Under the pieces are notes generated by a model. The model was not told the origin of the DNA, did not search any database, and saw nothing but the letters and a program-made list of their open reading frames with translations. Positions 19,162-28,783 of a stretch of DNA of 64,000 bases are shown here, piece by piece. The DNA comes from an uncultured Gemmatimonadales bacterium. Its GTDB lineage: Bacteria; Gemmatimonadota; Gemmatimonadetes; Longimicrobiales; RSA9. Position 1 is the stretch's first letter, and the number at the start of each line of letters is the position of its first letter. The stretch covers positions 1 through 64,000 of the forward strand of contig CAWFKH010000006.1 of assembly GCA_963816355.1 (NCBI GenBank). Direction: 5' to 3'. A program made the position numbers and the translations under genes.

Positions 19162-19378
19162 GTGAGTTCGAGGACAAGCGGCCCAGGGGTCGGCTGCGGC
19201 CGCCCCGGCGCACCGCCGGCCTCGTCGCAGTCGGATGCAGCGCAGTCCGATATGGCGCAATTGGATACAGCGCAGTCGGCCGCGCTCGCGGACAGCGGCC
19301 AGCAGGTGTTCCGGTTCGAGACGTTCGGTCACCGCGCAGCAGAAAGCCGATCTCGTGGCGTATCTGAAGTCACTGTAG
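19162..19378 (+). pseudogene. Internally deleted cytochrome c-family gene relic
   Basis: N-terminal GQQVFRFETFG (19297-19329) is joined out of frame to the C-terminal helix TAQQKADLVAYLKSL* (19331-19378). No CxxCH remains. Confidence 0.6.
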
Positions 19379-19407
19379 AACGGCGCCCCGCCGGCCCGGT
19401 CCGTGGT

Positions 19408-20514
19408 TCAGCGTCGCGCCAGCCGGCGGGCTTTGGTGTCGAGCGTGTCGAGGACGTGCGCGAACGATTCGTGGAAGCTGGCCACGCCCTGGGATTCGAG
19501 CGTGAGGCCGACGTCTTCCATGTCGACCCCCAGCGTCGCGAGTGCGTCGAGCGCCGCGCTCGCCTCGTCGGCGCCGGCGTCGATGGTGCGAGCGAGCGTG
19601 CCATGGTCCTCGAATGCGGCGATCGTCGCCTCCGGAAGCGTGTTGACCGTATCGGGCCCGACGAGGCTGTCGACATAGAGCGTGTCGGGATAGGCGGGGT
19701 TCTTCGTCGATGTCGACGCCCACAGCGGCCGTTGCCGATGCGCGCCGCGGGCCTCGAGCGCTGCCCACCGCTCGTCCGCGAACCGCTCGATGAACACCTG
19801 GTACGCGACCTTCGCTTGCGCGACCGCCGCTCTGCCGCGCAGGGCGAGGGCGTCGGGGGTGCCGATCGCATCGAGGCGCTGGTCGACTTCGGTGTCGACC
19901 CGGCTGACGAAGAACGAGGCGACGCTGTGCACGCGGCTCGGGTCGCCGCCGCCGCGGGCGTACTCCTCGAGGCCGGACCGGTAGGCCTCGATCACTCGGC
20001 GGTAGCGCGACAGCGAGAAGATCAGCGTGATGTTGATGCTGCGCCCCTCGGCCGTCATGGCGCGGATGGCGGGGATGCCTTCGGCCGTGGCCGGGATCTT
20101 CACGAACAGGTTCGGCTGATCGATCCGCACGTGCAGGTCGCGCGCCGCGGCGATGGTGCCCTCGGTGTCGCGCGCGAGCTCAGGCGCGACTTCGATCGAC
20201 ACGAACCCGTCCGTACCGCCGCTGGCCTCATGCACCGGCCGCAATACGCCGAGCGCCTCGCGGACATCGTCGACGACCAGGTCCCAGTACGCGTCGCTGA
20301 CCGACTTGCCGTCGGCGGTCAGCGCGCCGAACTGTTCGTCGTAGACGTCGGAGCCCTCGATGGCCCTGGCGAAGATCGTCGGGTTGGCCGTCACCCCGCG
20401 GATGCCGTCGGCGACGTAACGCGCCAGCGTGCCGTCGCGAAGGTAGGTGCGCGTGAGGTTGTCGAGCCACGGACTCTGCCCCTGCTCGTCGTACAGCCGC
20501 TGCATCCTGGTCAC
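19408..20514 (-). CDS. tal: Transaldolase (long form)
   Basis: QSPWLDN; GVTANPTIF; FVKIPAT (Schiff-base Lys); SVASFFVSRVD; QRPLWASTSTKNP. Confidence 0.95.
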   Translation of the reverse strand: MTRMQRLYDEQGQSPWLDNLTRTYLRDGTLARYVADGIRGVTANPTIFARAIEGSDVYDEQFGALTADGKSVSDAYWDLVVDDVREALGVLRPVHEASGGTDGFVSIEVAPELARDTEGTIAAARDLHVRIDQPNLFVKIPATAEGIPAIRAMTAEGRSINITLIFSLSRYRRVIEAYRSGLEEYARGGGDPSRVHSVASFFVSRVDTEVDQRLDAIGTPDALALRGRAAVAQAKVAYQVFIERFADERWAALEARGAHRQRPLWASTSTKNPAYPDTLYVDSLVGPDTVNTLPEATIAAFEDHGTLARTIDAGADEASAALDALATLGVDMEDVGLTLESQGVASFHESFAHVLDTLDTKARRLARR

Positions 20515-20694
20515 GTCGATCCCTCCTCGTACTCACCGGGGAAACAACTGATCTGAGCCGGGTGGGCGGCGGCGTCGAGATCGATCCCGTCGTCAACGCG
20601 CAAGACGCGCACCCGGGCTACGTCTCCGGAGACGAGCTCAGAGGGTACGGCCGCGGGCCGCCGCAGGCCGAGCCCGCGGGCGATGGCGCGTGGG

Positions 20695-20711
20695 ACGGCA
20701 TAAAGCATGCA
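20695..20711 (+). promoter_or_regulatory. Putative sigma54 (-24/-12) promoter for the csbD-like gene
   Basis: GG-CATAAAGCAT-GC, followed by a 12-bp hairpin at 20720-20761. Confidence 0.5.
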
Positions 20712-20778
20712 CTGACAATGGGTTGCCGCCCACAGAGAAGCGATCGAGCGGGCGGCAACCCCCATGAAGGAGTGCCAG

Positions 20779-21039
20779 ATGGCTGACAGCCAGCGCAAGA
20801 CGACCGGCAACGACGCGCGTGAGGACGTGCGCCGCGACATGGAGCGGAAGGGCCTCGAGCACGAGATCAAGGGTGCCGTCCGCCAGGGTGCGGGCAAGGT
20901 CGAGCGCGAGGCCGGCCGCATCACGAAGGACCGCTCCACGGAGGCGGAGGGTGCGATCCGCGAGGGCATAGGCCGTGTCGAGAAGAAGCTCGGCGAGGCC
21001 AGCCGCAAGGCGGCCGAGCGGAGCCGTCGCGAACCCTAG
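20779..21039 (+). CDS. CsbD-like general stress protein
   Basis: RBS AAGGAG; EIKGAVRQGAGKVEREAGRITKDRSTEAEG...IGRVEKKLG pattern. Confidence 0.8.
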   Translation: MADSQRKTTGNDAREDVRRDMERKGLEHEIKGAVRQGAGKVEREAGRITKDRSTEAEGAIREGIGRVEKKLGEASRKAAERSRREP

Positions 21040-21146
21040 CGATCCGCTGGCCGTTCGGCGCGTCCGAACGGGCCGTTGAAGGCATGGACGCTAAGCGCCG
21101 GGTCGGGGGCACCACGGGTGTCCGGTCCGGCGCTTTCCTTGAGAGC

Positions 21147-22979
21147 CTACGGGCCGGTAGCATCGTCCGCGCGCGCGCCGCCCGCGCGCAACGCATCGAC
21201 CGACAGGTCCGGCAGGCCGAAACCCGCGAGCAACGCCTTGAAGCGCGGGTCCTCCCGGATCGGATCGAACGCCGGCATCCACAGGAAGCGGAGGCCGTTG
21301 AAGCGCTGGCCCTGTGCTGCCGTCTGCGACCATTGCTGCAACTCCCTCAGGGCCTGTTCGCGTGCGCCCAGCAAGCTGTACCAGAACGCGCGTGCGAGCC
21401 CGCCCAGGTTCGCATGGCCGATGCGGTGCAGGCCGGAGACGAGCGGCAGCGCCCGCGCGCGCCGCGCGGGCTCGGCGACCGCCGCGATCAGCGTGGCGAC
21501 GACTTGCCGGTCTTCCTCCCGCCGGTCGGGAACCGCTTCGGCTGCCGTGCCAGCGACGTCCTGCGCCCGCGCGTAGTCGCCGGCGTAGATCCGGCTGAAC
21601 GCGAGCTGGTCGCGCGAGTAGGCGAAATGCGGTGCGATCCGGATCACGTTCTCGAGCACGGCGGAGGCCTCGTCGTGGCGGCGACGGCTGTCGAGCATGA
21701 GACCGAGCATGTACTGCGGATTCGGGGCCAGGGGATCCTGAGCGATCGCGATGCGCTCCTGGGCGATCGCGGCATCGATCCGCCCGACCGCATCGAGCAG
21801 TTGAGCGTACTGGTTGTGCACTTCGGACAAGCCTGGATTGAGCTCGAGCGAGCGCCGGTACTGGCGCCCCGCCTCCGCGAAGACGAAACGGTCGCGCAGC
21901 ACGTTCGCCAGCGCCGCGTGCGCCTCGGCCGACTGCGCATCGAGCGCGAGCGCATGGCGCGCGCTGCGCTCGGCGTCGTCGAGCGACGCGTCCCACGGGG
22001 CGAGCTCGTACCACGGCAGCAGTTCCTGCACCTGGGAGAGCTGCGCCCACGCCGCGGCGTATTCGGGATCGCGTGCGGTCGCCTGCCCGAGCAGCGTCGC
22101 CGCCTGCCTGAGCGCGCCGCCGCGCGCGGCGATCGCGCCGAGCGCCTGCAGGTAAAGCGAATGCGCCTGCGCGTCGTGCGTGCCGCTGCGCACGAGCGGC
22201 TGGTCGCCGCTCCACTGGGCGCGCAGCCTGTCGGCGATCGCGTGAGAAATCTCGTCTTCGATCGCGAACACGCTGGTCAGCTTGCGGTCGTATTTCGCAG
22301 ACCACAACTGGAAGCCGCTGCGCGCATCGACCAGCTGCGCGTTGATGCGCACCTGGTCGCCGGCGTTCTGCACGCTGCCCTCGAGCACCGTCGCGACGCC
22401 GAGCGTCTCGCCGACCGCGCGCAGGTCCGCGGCCCTGCCCTTGAAGGCGAACGCAGACGTGCGCGCGGCGACCTTCAGTTGCGGTATCTGCGCGAGCGCG
22501 TTGAGGATCTCCTCGGTGATGCCGTCGCTCAGGTATTCGTTCTTCGGATCGCCGCTCAGGTTGACGAACGGCAGCACGGCGATCGACTTGTCTGGGGTCG
22601 CCGTCGCGGCGGAAGTCCGCGTCGTGGGCGCGTCGGCGCGCGCTGGCGCCGCGGCGTCGGCTGCGGGCACACCGCCACGTGGCGCCGCGGCGAATCGCCA
22701 TAGCACGCCGCCGCCGATCGCGAGCACGAGCGCGAGCAGGAGCAACTCCGTGCCCGACACCTTCTGCGCGCCGCGCTCGCCGTGGTACCACGCCAGCACG
22801 AGCACGACGAACAGCCCGACACAGGCCGCGATGATCAGCCCGCGCTCGACCGAGTCGGGCCACGCAAAGCGTTGAGCGACGATGTCGAGGGATTGCAGCA
22901 GCGCGAACGCCGCGGCAACGTAGGCGACGGTCCACTGCACCAGCTTGCGTTGCTTGAGGTGCTGCAGGAACTTGGTCAT
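21147..22979 (-). CDS. Membrane-anchored TolB-N/FlgO-like plus TPR-repeat protein
   Basis: FLQHLKQRKLVQWTVAY; about 3 TM helices; KSIAVLPFVNLSGDPKNEYLSDGITEEILNAL; ARTSAFAFKG; TPRs; FDPIREDPRF tail. Confidence 0.88.
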   Translation of the reverse strand: MTKFLQHLKQRKLVQWTVAYVAAAFALLQSLDIVAQRFAWPDSVERGLIIAACVGLFVVLVLAWYHGERGAQKVSGTELLLLALVLAIGGGVLWRFAAAPRGGVPAADAAAPARADAPTTRTSAATATPDKSIAVLPFVNLSGDPKNEYLSDGITEEILNALAQIPQLKVAARTSAFAFKGRAADLRAVGETLGVATVLEGSVQNAGDQVRINAQLVDARSGFQLWSAKYDRKLTSVFAIEDEISHAIADRLRAQWSGDQPLVRSGTHDAQAHSLYLQALGAIAARGGALRQAATLLGQATARDPEYAAAWAQLSQVQELLPWYELAPWDASLDDAERSARHALALDAQSAEAHAALANVLRDRFVFAEAGRQYRRSLELNPGLSEVHNQYAQLLDAVGRIDAAIAQERIAIAQDPLAPNPQYMLGLMLDSRRRHDEASAVLENVIRIAPHFAYSRDQLAFSRIYAGDYARAQDVAGTAAEAVPDRREEDRQVVATLIAAVAEPARRARALPLVSGLHRIGHANLGGLARAFWYSLLGAREQALRELQQWSQTAAQGQRFNGLRFLWMPAFDPIREDPRFKALLAGFGLPDLSVDALRAGGARADDATGP

Positions 22980-23022
22980 GGCGAGGATGCCCCGCGACCA
23001 AGCCTGCGTTGCGCCAGGCTGG

Positions 23023-23217
23023 ATGTGGCTCTGGTGGATCGCGGGAGTCGTGGTGCTGCTGGTGCTCGCCTGGGCGGTGGCCCGTGCGACGCGATCGTCC
23101 GGGTCGGGGCGCGGGCCCGCCGAGGAGTCACCGGAGGCCGTCCTCAAGCGGCGCTACGCACAAGGCGAGATCGAGCGCGACGAATACGAGCGCCGGTTGA
23201 GTGACCTTCGCAAGTAG
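23023..23217 (+). CDS. SHOCT-domain small membrane protein (possibly 5'-truncated)
   Basis: TM helix followed by SPEAVLKRRYAQGEIERDEYERRLSDL; no clear RBS. Confidence 0.75.
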   Translation: MWLWWIAGVVVLLVLAWAVARATRSSGSGRGPAEESPEAVLKRRYAQGEIERDEYERRLSDLRK

Positions 23218-23248
23218 GCCGTCGAGTGACGGATCCAGGTCATGGAAA

Positions 23249-24172
23249 CTATCGTGCGGCTGACGCCGGCCGCTCCAGCGCCGCGCGATCCCATCCGGCC
23301 CGCTCCGCGGCCGCTTCGTACGTGCTCTTCAGGAACTCCATCAGCGCCTCGTCGGGCGAGGCCGCCGACCGCACGGCTTCGTACGGCAGGATGAACTCGC
23401 CCATCGTCGCGTCCCAGCGAGCGGCGGCCGGCCGCGGCTTCACATCCCGGAGCCCCTCCGGCTCGGGCACGGCGTAGGCATAGAACGCCGGCTCGGGCGT
23501 CGCGCCGCCGCCGGGCCAGAAGCCGGCGCTGATGACCTCGTGGGAGTAGGCCTCGCTCTGGACCGCGTCGGCGCCGGGGCGGGGCGGCGCACGCCGTCCC
23601 GAAAAGCGGGTCACGGCGAGATCGAAGCCGCCCCAGAAGAAGTGGACGGGGCTGCATTTGCCGAGGAATTCGCCGCGAAAGCGCTTGAGCACGTCGTCGC
23701 TGCGGGCGAGGATGCGCCAGAAGCGGCTCGCGTAGTCGGGATCGTAGGCGGCGTGGACGCGATCCTCGCTGAAGCGGGTCGGCCGCTCGACCTCCACCGG
23801 CATCGGCCAGAGGCGGACAGCGACGCGCAGCTCGCGGAGGGCGGCGAGGTAGTCGGCATAGAAGTCGGCCACGGCGCGCGCGCGAAGCGGGATCGTCCGA
23901 ACGTCGCCCGCGTCGGTTCTCAGCACGAGCTCGTGCCGGATGAAATCGAACTCGGCGTCGAGCGTGCCGCCCTCGAAGGGCATCGGTCCCGTCGTGAGAC
24001 CATGGGCCGAGACATAGAGCGCAACGTGCCACCAGTGGTTCACCGGTGGCGCGAGTGCCAGGCGCGTCTTGCCGACCATCTGCGTCCACATGTGCAGCGT
24101 CTCGTAGGTCTCGCGCCACTCGTCGAGCGGCAGGGGGGGCCAGCGGTCGGCGCCGGCGGCATCGAGCATCAT
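23249..24172 (-). CDS. DUF5996 family protein
   Basis: WPPLPLDEWRETYETLHMWTQMVGKTRL...NHWWH; SPVHFFWGGFDLAVTRFSGR; EAYSHEVISAGFWPG. Confidence 0.9.
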   Translation of the reverse strand: MMLDAAGADRWPPLPLDEWRETYETLHMWTQMVGKTRLALAPPVNHWWHVALYVSAHGLTTGPMPFEGGTLDAEFDFIRHELVLRTDAGDVRTIPLRARAVADFYADYLAALRELRVAVRLWPMPVEVERPTRFSEDRVHAAYDPDYASRFWRILARSDDVLKRFRGEFLGKCSPVHFFWGGFDLAVTRFSGRRAPPRPGADAVQSEAYSHEVISAGFWPGGGATPEPAFYAYAVPEPEGLRDVKPRPAAARWDATMGEFILPYEAVRSAASPDEALMEFLKSTYEAAAERAGWDRAALERPASAAR

Positions 24173-24178
24173 GGCCGC

Positions 24179-24439
24179 TCAGACCTCCACGTCGTCGAGA
24201 AAGCAGTACCTCCAGCTCTCACCCGGCTCGAACGACTGCACGATCGGGTGGCCGGAGTCATGTGCATGCTTGCGGGCATGGCGGTTGGGCGAGGAATCGC
24301 AGCAGCCCACATGCCCGCATGCGAGGCAGAGCCGCAGGTGAACCCAGCGCCTGCCCGTGCGCAGGCATTCCTCGCAGCCGTCCGGCGTGCGGGGCGCCAC
24401 GTCGTGGATCTGGTCGAGGTGCGTGCAGATCGGGCTCAT
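24179..24439 (-). CDS. Stand-alone UBP-type zinc finger protein
   Basis: CTHL...GCEECL...WVHLRLCLACGHVGCCDSSPNRHARKH...SFEPGESWRYCFLD. Confidence 0.92.
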   Translation of the reverse strand: MSPICTHLDQIHDVAPRTPDGCEECLRTGRRWVHLRLCLACGHVGCCDSSPNRHARKHAHDSGHPIVQSFEPGESWRYCFLDDVEV

Positions 24440-24653
24440 CGTCTCACCCTTCTCCAGGACCGGTGCGCGCGGCGGCTCGGGTCCGGCGCCGGGCCACCCC
24501 TTTCGCCGCTGCGCGGGGCCTTCCTTCTCCGACCAATGTACAATGCCTGGCAATGCGACGGCGCGCGGCGGCCGGTCACACGAGCGAAGCGGACGTCGAG
24601 GGAGGGTGCCGATGCGCCTCGGGTCGACGGGGCGCGGGCCCGCCGCCTGCGCA

Positions 24654-24668
24654 TGGCACAAGATACGC
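24654..24668 (+). promoter_or_regulatory. Putative sigma54 promoter for the lipoprotein gene at 24701
   Basis: TGGCACAAGATACGC (GG-N10-GC). Confidence 0.5.
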
Positions 24669-24700
24669 GTTGATGGTTCCTCTCTGACCGTGGAGGAATC

Positions 24701-25075
24701 ATGAAGTTGCGCCCGTTCACATTCCTGCTCGCGCTCGTGCTGACGACCCTGAGTACCGGATGCTTTGGCATGTTCGGTAGCCGGGGCCCGGAGGAGAGCG
24801 CGGTCATCACCGTCCGCAACGACCTGGACCCGCCGGATGCCATGACGATCCAGATCCGCCGGACCGGGGGCGACGAGACGACGCTGGGTACGGTTCCGGC
24901 GGGCGGCGAGCGCGCGCTGACCTACAAGTCCAGGGATCTGCAGGGCGCCTATCAACTGGTCGCACGCCAAACGAGCGGGGCCGCCGTGGTCTCGCGGGAG
25001 TTCACCCTGTTCGTCGGCGCACGGGTGCGCTGGGAGATGCGGACCAACTCCGTCGCCGTGTCGGAGAGACCCTGA
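24701..25075 (+). CDS. Hypothetical lipoprotein
   Basis: RBS GGAGG; signal peptide with lipobox-like STGC. Confidence 0.75.
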   Translation: MKLRPFTFLLALVLTTLSTGCFGMFGSRGPEESAVITVRNDLDPPDAMTIQIRRTGGDETTLGTVPAGGERALTYKSRDLQGAYQLVARQTSGAAVVSREFTLFVGARVRWEMRTNSVAVSERP

Positions 25076-25119
25076 CGCGACCGGCGGAGGAGTGACCCGA
25101 GGATCACGCCGCGCCGTAC

Positions 25120-25905
25120 CTACAGCCGGAAGCGCCAGAGGGAGCGGCGGTCTTCCGGGTCGGGGATCCTGCGCGCCTTCACCCGGAAAACGCGCTCGAT
25201 CAGCGCGGTCGGCACGTCGGCGGCGGAATCCGCGTGGTGGGCGAGGCGGCCGCGGTCGAGGACGAAGAAGTCGTCGCCGTACTCGAGCGCCACGTTGATG
25301 TCGTGCAGGATCGCGACGACCGTGCAGTCGTGCCGGGTGAGGTCCCGCGCGATGTCGAGCAGGTGGATCTGGTAGTGAACGTCCAGAGACGTGGTCGGCT
25401 CGTCCAGGAAGAGCAGCTTGCGGCCGGACGGCTCATCGTAGTTCCAGATCTGCGCGAGGACGCGCGCGAGCTGCACCTTCTGTTGCTCGCCGCCCGACAG
25501 GGTCGGGTACGGCTGGTCCGCGTGGCCCTCGATGCCGACGATGTCGAGCGCGCGGTCCACGATCGCGCGGTCGCGCGCACGGGGTGCGCGCTCATAGTGC
25601 GGGTAGCGCCCCATCATCGCCACCTCCCGCGCCGCCAAGGGGAAGGCGAGCTCGATGTGCTGCGAGAGCACGGCCCGGCGGCGCGCGAGCGCTTCCGCGC
25701 CGATGCCGTCGACCGCCGCGGCGTCGTACAGCACGCGGCCGGCGGTCGGTCGGAGCAGCCCCGTCGCGATGCGCAGCAGCGTGGATTTGCCGGCGCCGTT
25801 CGGCCCGAGCACCACGTTGAAGGCGCCGGGGCGGAAGGTGAGCGAGACGTCGTCCAGGATGACGGCGCCCCCGGCGGTGTAGCTCACGCGCTGCAGCTCA
25901 ACCAT
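25120..25905 (-). CDS. hmuV: Heme/iron-chelate ABC transporter ATP-binding protein (HmuV-like)
   Basis: GPNGAGKST; LSGGEQQKVQLARVLAQ; LFLDEPT; ILHD. Confidence 0.88.
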   Translation of the reverse strand: MVELQRVSYTAGGAVILDDVSLTFRPGAFNVVLGPNGAGKSTLLRIATGLLRPTAGRVLYDAAAVDGIGAEALARRRAVLSQHIELAFPLAAREVAMMGRYPHYERAPRARDRAIVDRALDIVGIEGHADQPYPTLSGGEQQKVQLARVLAQIWNYDEPSGRKLLFLDEPTTSLDVHYQIHLLDIARDLTRHDCTVVAILHDINVALEYGDDFFVLDRGRLAHHADSAADVPTALIERVFRVKARRIPDPEDRRSLWRFRL

Positions 25906-26962
25906 AGAACCCGCCAGCGCCGTGGCCGCGCTCGCGCAGCAGGATCCCCAGGAATACGGGGGCACCGACGATCGCCGTGATGATGCCGATCGGCAGCTCG
26001 GCCGGCGGCACGACGACGCGCGCGACAATGTCCACGACCTCCATCATGATCGCGCCCAACAGCGCCGAGCCGGGGACCAGGTAGCGGTAGTCGGCGGACT
26101 TCGCCATTCGCAACACGTGCGGCACGACGAGGCCGACGAACGCGATCACGCCCACCATCGCCGTCGCCATGGCGACCATGATCGTGTTCGCGACCAGCAT
26201 GCTGAGGATCAGCCGGCGAGGGTCGAAGCCGAGGTAGCTCGCCTCGTCCTCGCCGAGCATCAGCGCGTTCAGCGCCTTCGCTTTCGGCAGCGTCCAGGCG
26301 AAGCACAGCACGAAGAAGAGCGCCACCATGGCCACGCCGCGCCAGTCCGCCGTCGTGAAGGTGCCCAGATTCCAGAACGTGATGTTGCGCGCCTGCGGGT
26401 CGCGCGCGATGTAGGACAGGAAGCCGGTGCCCGCGTTGCACACGGCGTTCACGGCGATGCCGGCGAGAAGCAGCGTGAAGACGTTGACCTTGCCGTACGA
26501 GGTGGACAGGCGGTACACGAGCATCGTCGCGGCGAACGCGCCGACGAAGGCGAGCACGGGCACCGCGAACGAGCCGAGCGGGGAGGTGAAGTCCAGCGCC
26601 GTGTTGCCGCCGAAGACGAACACGAGCGCCGCGCCGAGGGCGGCTCCCGCCGACGTACCGGCGAGACCGGGCTCGACGATCGGATTGCGGAAGAGCCCTT
26701 GCATGATCGTGCCCGAGACGCCGAGGACCGCCCCGGTCAGCCCCGCCAGGAGCACGCGCGGCAGGCGCAGTTGCAGGAAGATGCTTCTCCCCAGCGCGTC
26801 CGCCGCGCTCGCGGGCGCGAAGCCGAGCCCCTGCGCCGCGTAGCGCAGCATCTCGGCCGGTGAGAACGACAGCGCGCCAATGCCGGCGGACGCGACGAGC
26901 GACGCGAGCAGCAGCGTCGCCAGCAGCAGGTGCGCAGCGCCGTCCGGCAGCCGCCTCAGCAC
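25898..26962 (-). CDS. hmuU: FecCD/HmuU-family ABC permease
   Basis: LRLPRV; QGLFRNPIVEPG; GVIAFVGLVVPH; ELPIGIITAIVGAPVF. Confidence 0.9.
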   Translation of the reverse strand: MLRRLPDGAAHLLLATLLLASLVASAGIGALSFSPAEMLRYAAQGLGFAPASAADALGRSIFLQLRLPRVLLAGLTGAVLGVSGTIMQGLFRNPIVEPGLAGTSAGAALGAALVFVFGGNTALDFTSPLGSFAVPVLAFVGAFAATMLVYRLSTSYGKVNVFTLLLAGIAVNAVCNAGTGFLSYIARDPQARNITFWNLGTFTTADWRGVAMVALFFVLCFAWTLPKAKALNALMLGEDEASYLGFDPRRLILSMLVANTIMVAMATAMVGVIAFVGLVVPHVLRMAKSADYRYLVPGSALLGAIMMEVVDIVARVVVPPAELPIGIITAIVGAPVFLGILLRERGHGAGGFYG

Positions 26963-26975
26963 CGCGCCGCCAGGC

Positions 26976-27944
26976 TCACTTCCCTTCGCGCTTCAGCGCC
27001 GGGTGCAGCATCGCGGCGACCTCGCGCACCGCCGCAGGCGTGCGCGGGCCGAAGTACATGATCTTGTCCTCCTCGATCCTGTAGATCCGGCCGTTCTTCG
27101 CCGCGGGCGTGAGATCCACGCCCGGCAGCTTCGCGAACGACTCGGGGCTGCCGACGCGGTCGAAGCCGACTTCCGTGGCGATGATCACGTCCGGCTTCAG
27201 CCGCGCGATCAACTCCGGCGTCAGGCGCGTCATGCCGCCGATCGAGTCGATCGCGTTCTCGCCGCCGGCCCAGCGCAGCACCTGCCCCGCCGGGCCCCCC
27301 GAGTTCACGGCGAGGTAGTTGTTGATGAGCTGGCCGAAGTGCATGAACAGCACGCGCGGCTTCGCGCCTTCGCTCCACCGCGCCGTGTCCGCCCACACCC
27401 GGTCCATGCCGGCGCGCCATGCCGCGAGCACGCTGTCCGCCGCCGCGCGCCGGTCGAACAGCGCACCCACGTCCCGCAGCAGATCCTGCGCGCCGTCCAG
27501 CGTACGCCCCGGCTCCATCACCTTGACCGGAATGCCGACGCTCCGCACCTGCTGCATCACCGCGTCCGGACCCACGTTGCCGTCCGTCAGAAAGAGCGTC
27601 GGCTTCATCGACAGGATCCCCTCCGCGCTCAGCGCGCGATGGTAGCCGACGTTCGGAAGCCGCTCGATCTCGGGCGGGTAGATCGACGTCAGGTCCACGG
27701 CGACGAGTCGATCCTGCGCACCGACCGCGTAGATGAATTCGTTGAGCTGCTTCGAAACGCACACGACGCGGCTCAGGTCCACCGAGTCCGCCGAGTCCGC
27801 CGCTGCGGCTGCCCCGCCGGAGCGCGCCGCCATGGCCGCCTCGCCGGCACGCGCCGCCACGTCTCCACCGCCGCCACACGCGAGCGGCGCGAGCAGCAGG
27901 AGGAGCGTACGAAGGTGGGCTGCCGCTCTCGTCGTGTGCGCCAT
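26976..27944 (-). CDS. hmuT: Heme-type ABC substrate-binding lipoprotein (HmuT-like)
   Basis: Lipobox LAC; VGYHRALSAEGILSMKP (heme-ligating Tyr motif); TPAAKNGRI; FGPRTP. Confidence 0.85.
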   Translation of the reverse strand: MAHTTRAAAHLRTLLLLLAPLACGGGGDVAARAGEAAMAARSGGAAAAADSADSVDLSRVVCVSKQLNEFIYAVGAQDRLVAVDLTSIYPPEIERLPNVGYHRALSAEGILSMKPTLFLTDGNVGPDAVMQQVRSVGIPVKVMEPGRTLDGAQDLLRDVGALFDRRAAADSVLAAWRAGMDRVWADTARWSEGAKPRVLFMHFGQLINNYLAVNSGGPAGQVLRWAGGENAIDSIGGMTRLTPELIARLKPDVIIATEVGFDRVGSPESFAKLPGVDLTPAAKNGRIYRIEEDKIMYFGPRTPAAVREVAAMLHPALKREGK

Positions 27945-28058
27945 CGCCGCTCGTCCTCTTCCGGTTGCGGGGTGTGGAGACGGTACGGTACGGGGCCCCG
28001 CCGGCCGCCGCAATCGGCGCGGGTGACAGCCCCCGCCCCGAGCGCGTAGCTTGTCGGT

Positions 28059-28781
28059 ATGCGCATCCTGCTCGTCGAAGACGACCGCCAGCTCCGCACC
28101 GCCGTCGCGCGCGGGCTGCGCGAAGCCGGCTACGAAGTCGACGAGGCGGGCGACGGCGTTAGGGCGGCGGCGATGGCGGCCGCGGGCGCGTACCAGTGCG
28201 TCGTGCTCGACGTGCTGCTCCCCGGCCGCGACGGCATGGCGGTGTGCCGTGAGCTGCGCGCCCACGAGAACTGGGTGCCGATTCTCATGCTGACCGCGCT
28301 CGACGATGTCGACCACCGCATCGAAGGACTCGACGCGGGAGCCGACGACTACCTCCCCAAGCCGTTCGACTTCGGCGAGCTGCTCGCCCGCCTGCGCGCG
28401 CTCACCCGCCGCCGCGGCGAGCCGCCGCCGCCCGAGATCCGCGTCGCCGACCTCGTCGTGGACACGCGCCGCCGCACCGCGCGCCGCGGCGATCGGGAGA
28501 TCGAGCTGACCGCGAAGGAGTTCGCGTTCCTGCTGCACCTCGCGCGCAACGCCGGCAGCGTCGTCACGCGCGCCGAGCTGATGGAGCACGTCTGGGACGA
28601 CAGCCACGCGCACTCCAACGTCATCGATGTCTACGCGAGCCGGCTGCGCCGCAAGATCGACGACGGCGAGGACGCGCCGCTCTTCGCCACGCGACGCGGC
28701 GTCGGCTACGTGCTGCGCTCGCCCGCGGACGCGGCCGACGCCGAGGAGGCCGACGGCGGCGCCCCGCGCACCGAGCCCTGA
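28059..28781 (+). CDS. OmpR-family response regulator
   Basis: MRILLVEDD; LDVLLPGRDG; GADDYLPKPF; wHTH SNVIDVYASRLRRKID...TRRGVGY. Confidence 0.95.
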   Translation: MRILLVEDDRQLRTAVARGLREAGYEVDEAGDGVRAAAMAAAGAYQCVVLDVLLPGRDGMAVCRELRAHENWVPILMLTALDDVDHRIEGLDAGADDYLPKPFDFGELLARLRALTRRRGEPPPPEIRVADLVVDTRRRTARRGDREIELTAKEFAFLLHLARNAGSVVTRAELMEHVWDDSHAHSNVIDVYASRLRRKIDDGEDAPLFATRRGVGYVLRSPADAADAEEADGGAPRTEP

Positions 28782-28783
28782 CG

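Noticed and set aside
14709..19367. Long antisense or alternate-frame ORFs (e.g. 1552 aa, also 30327-33296, 52146-55391, 40930-43302)
   Set aside because: Shadow ORFs of real genes caused by high-GC codon bias. They are Arg/Ala/Gly-rich with no motifs.
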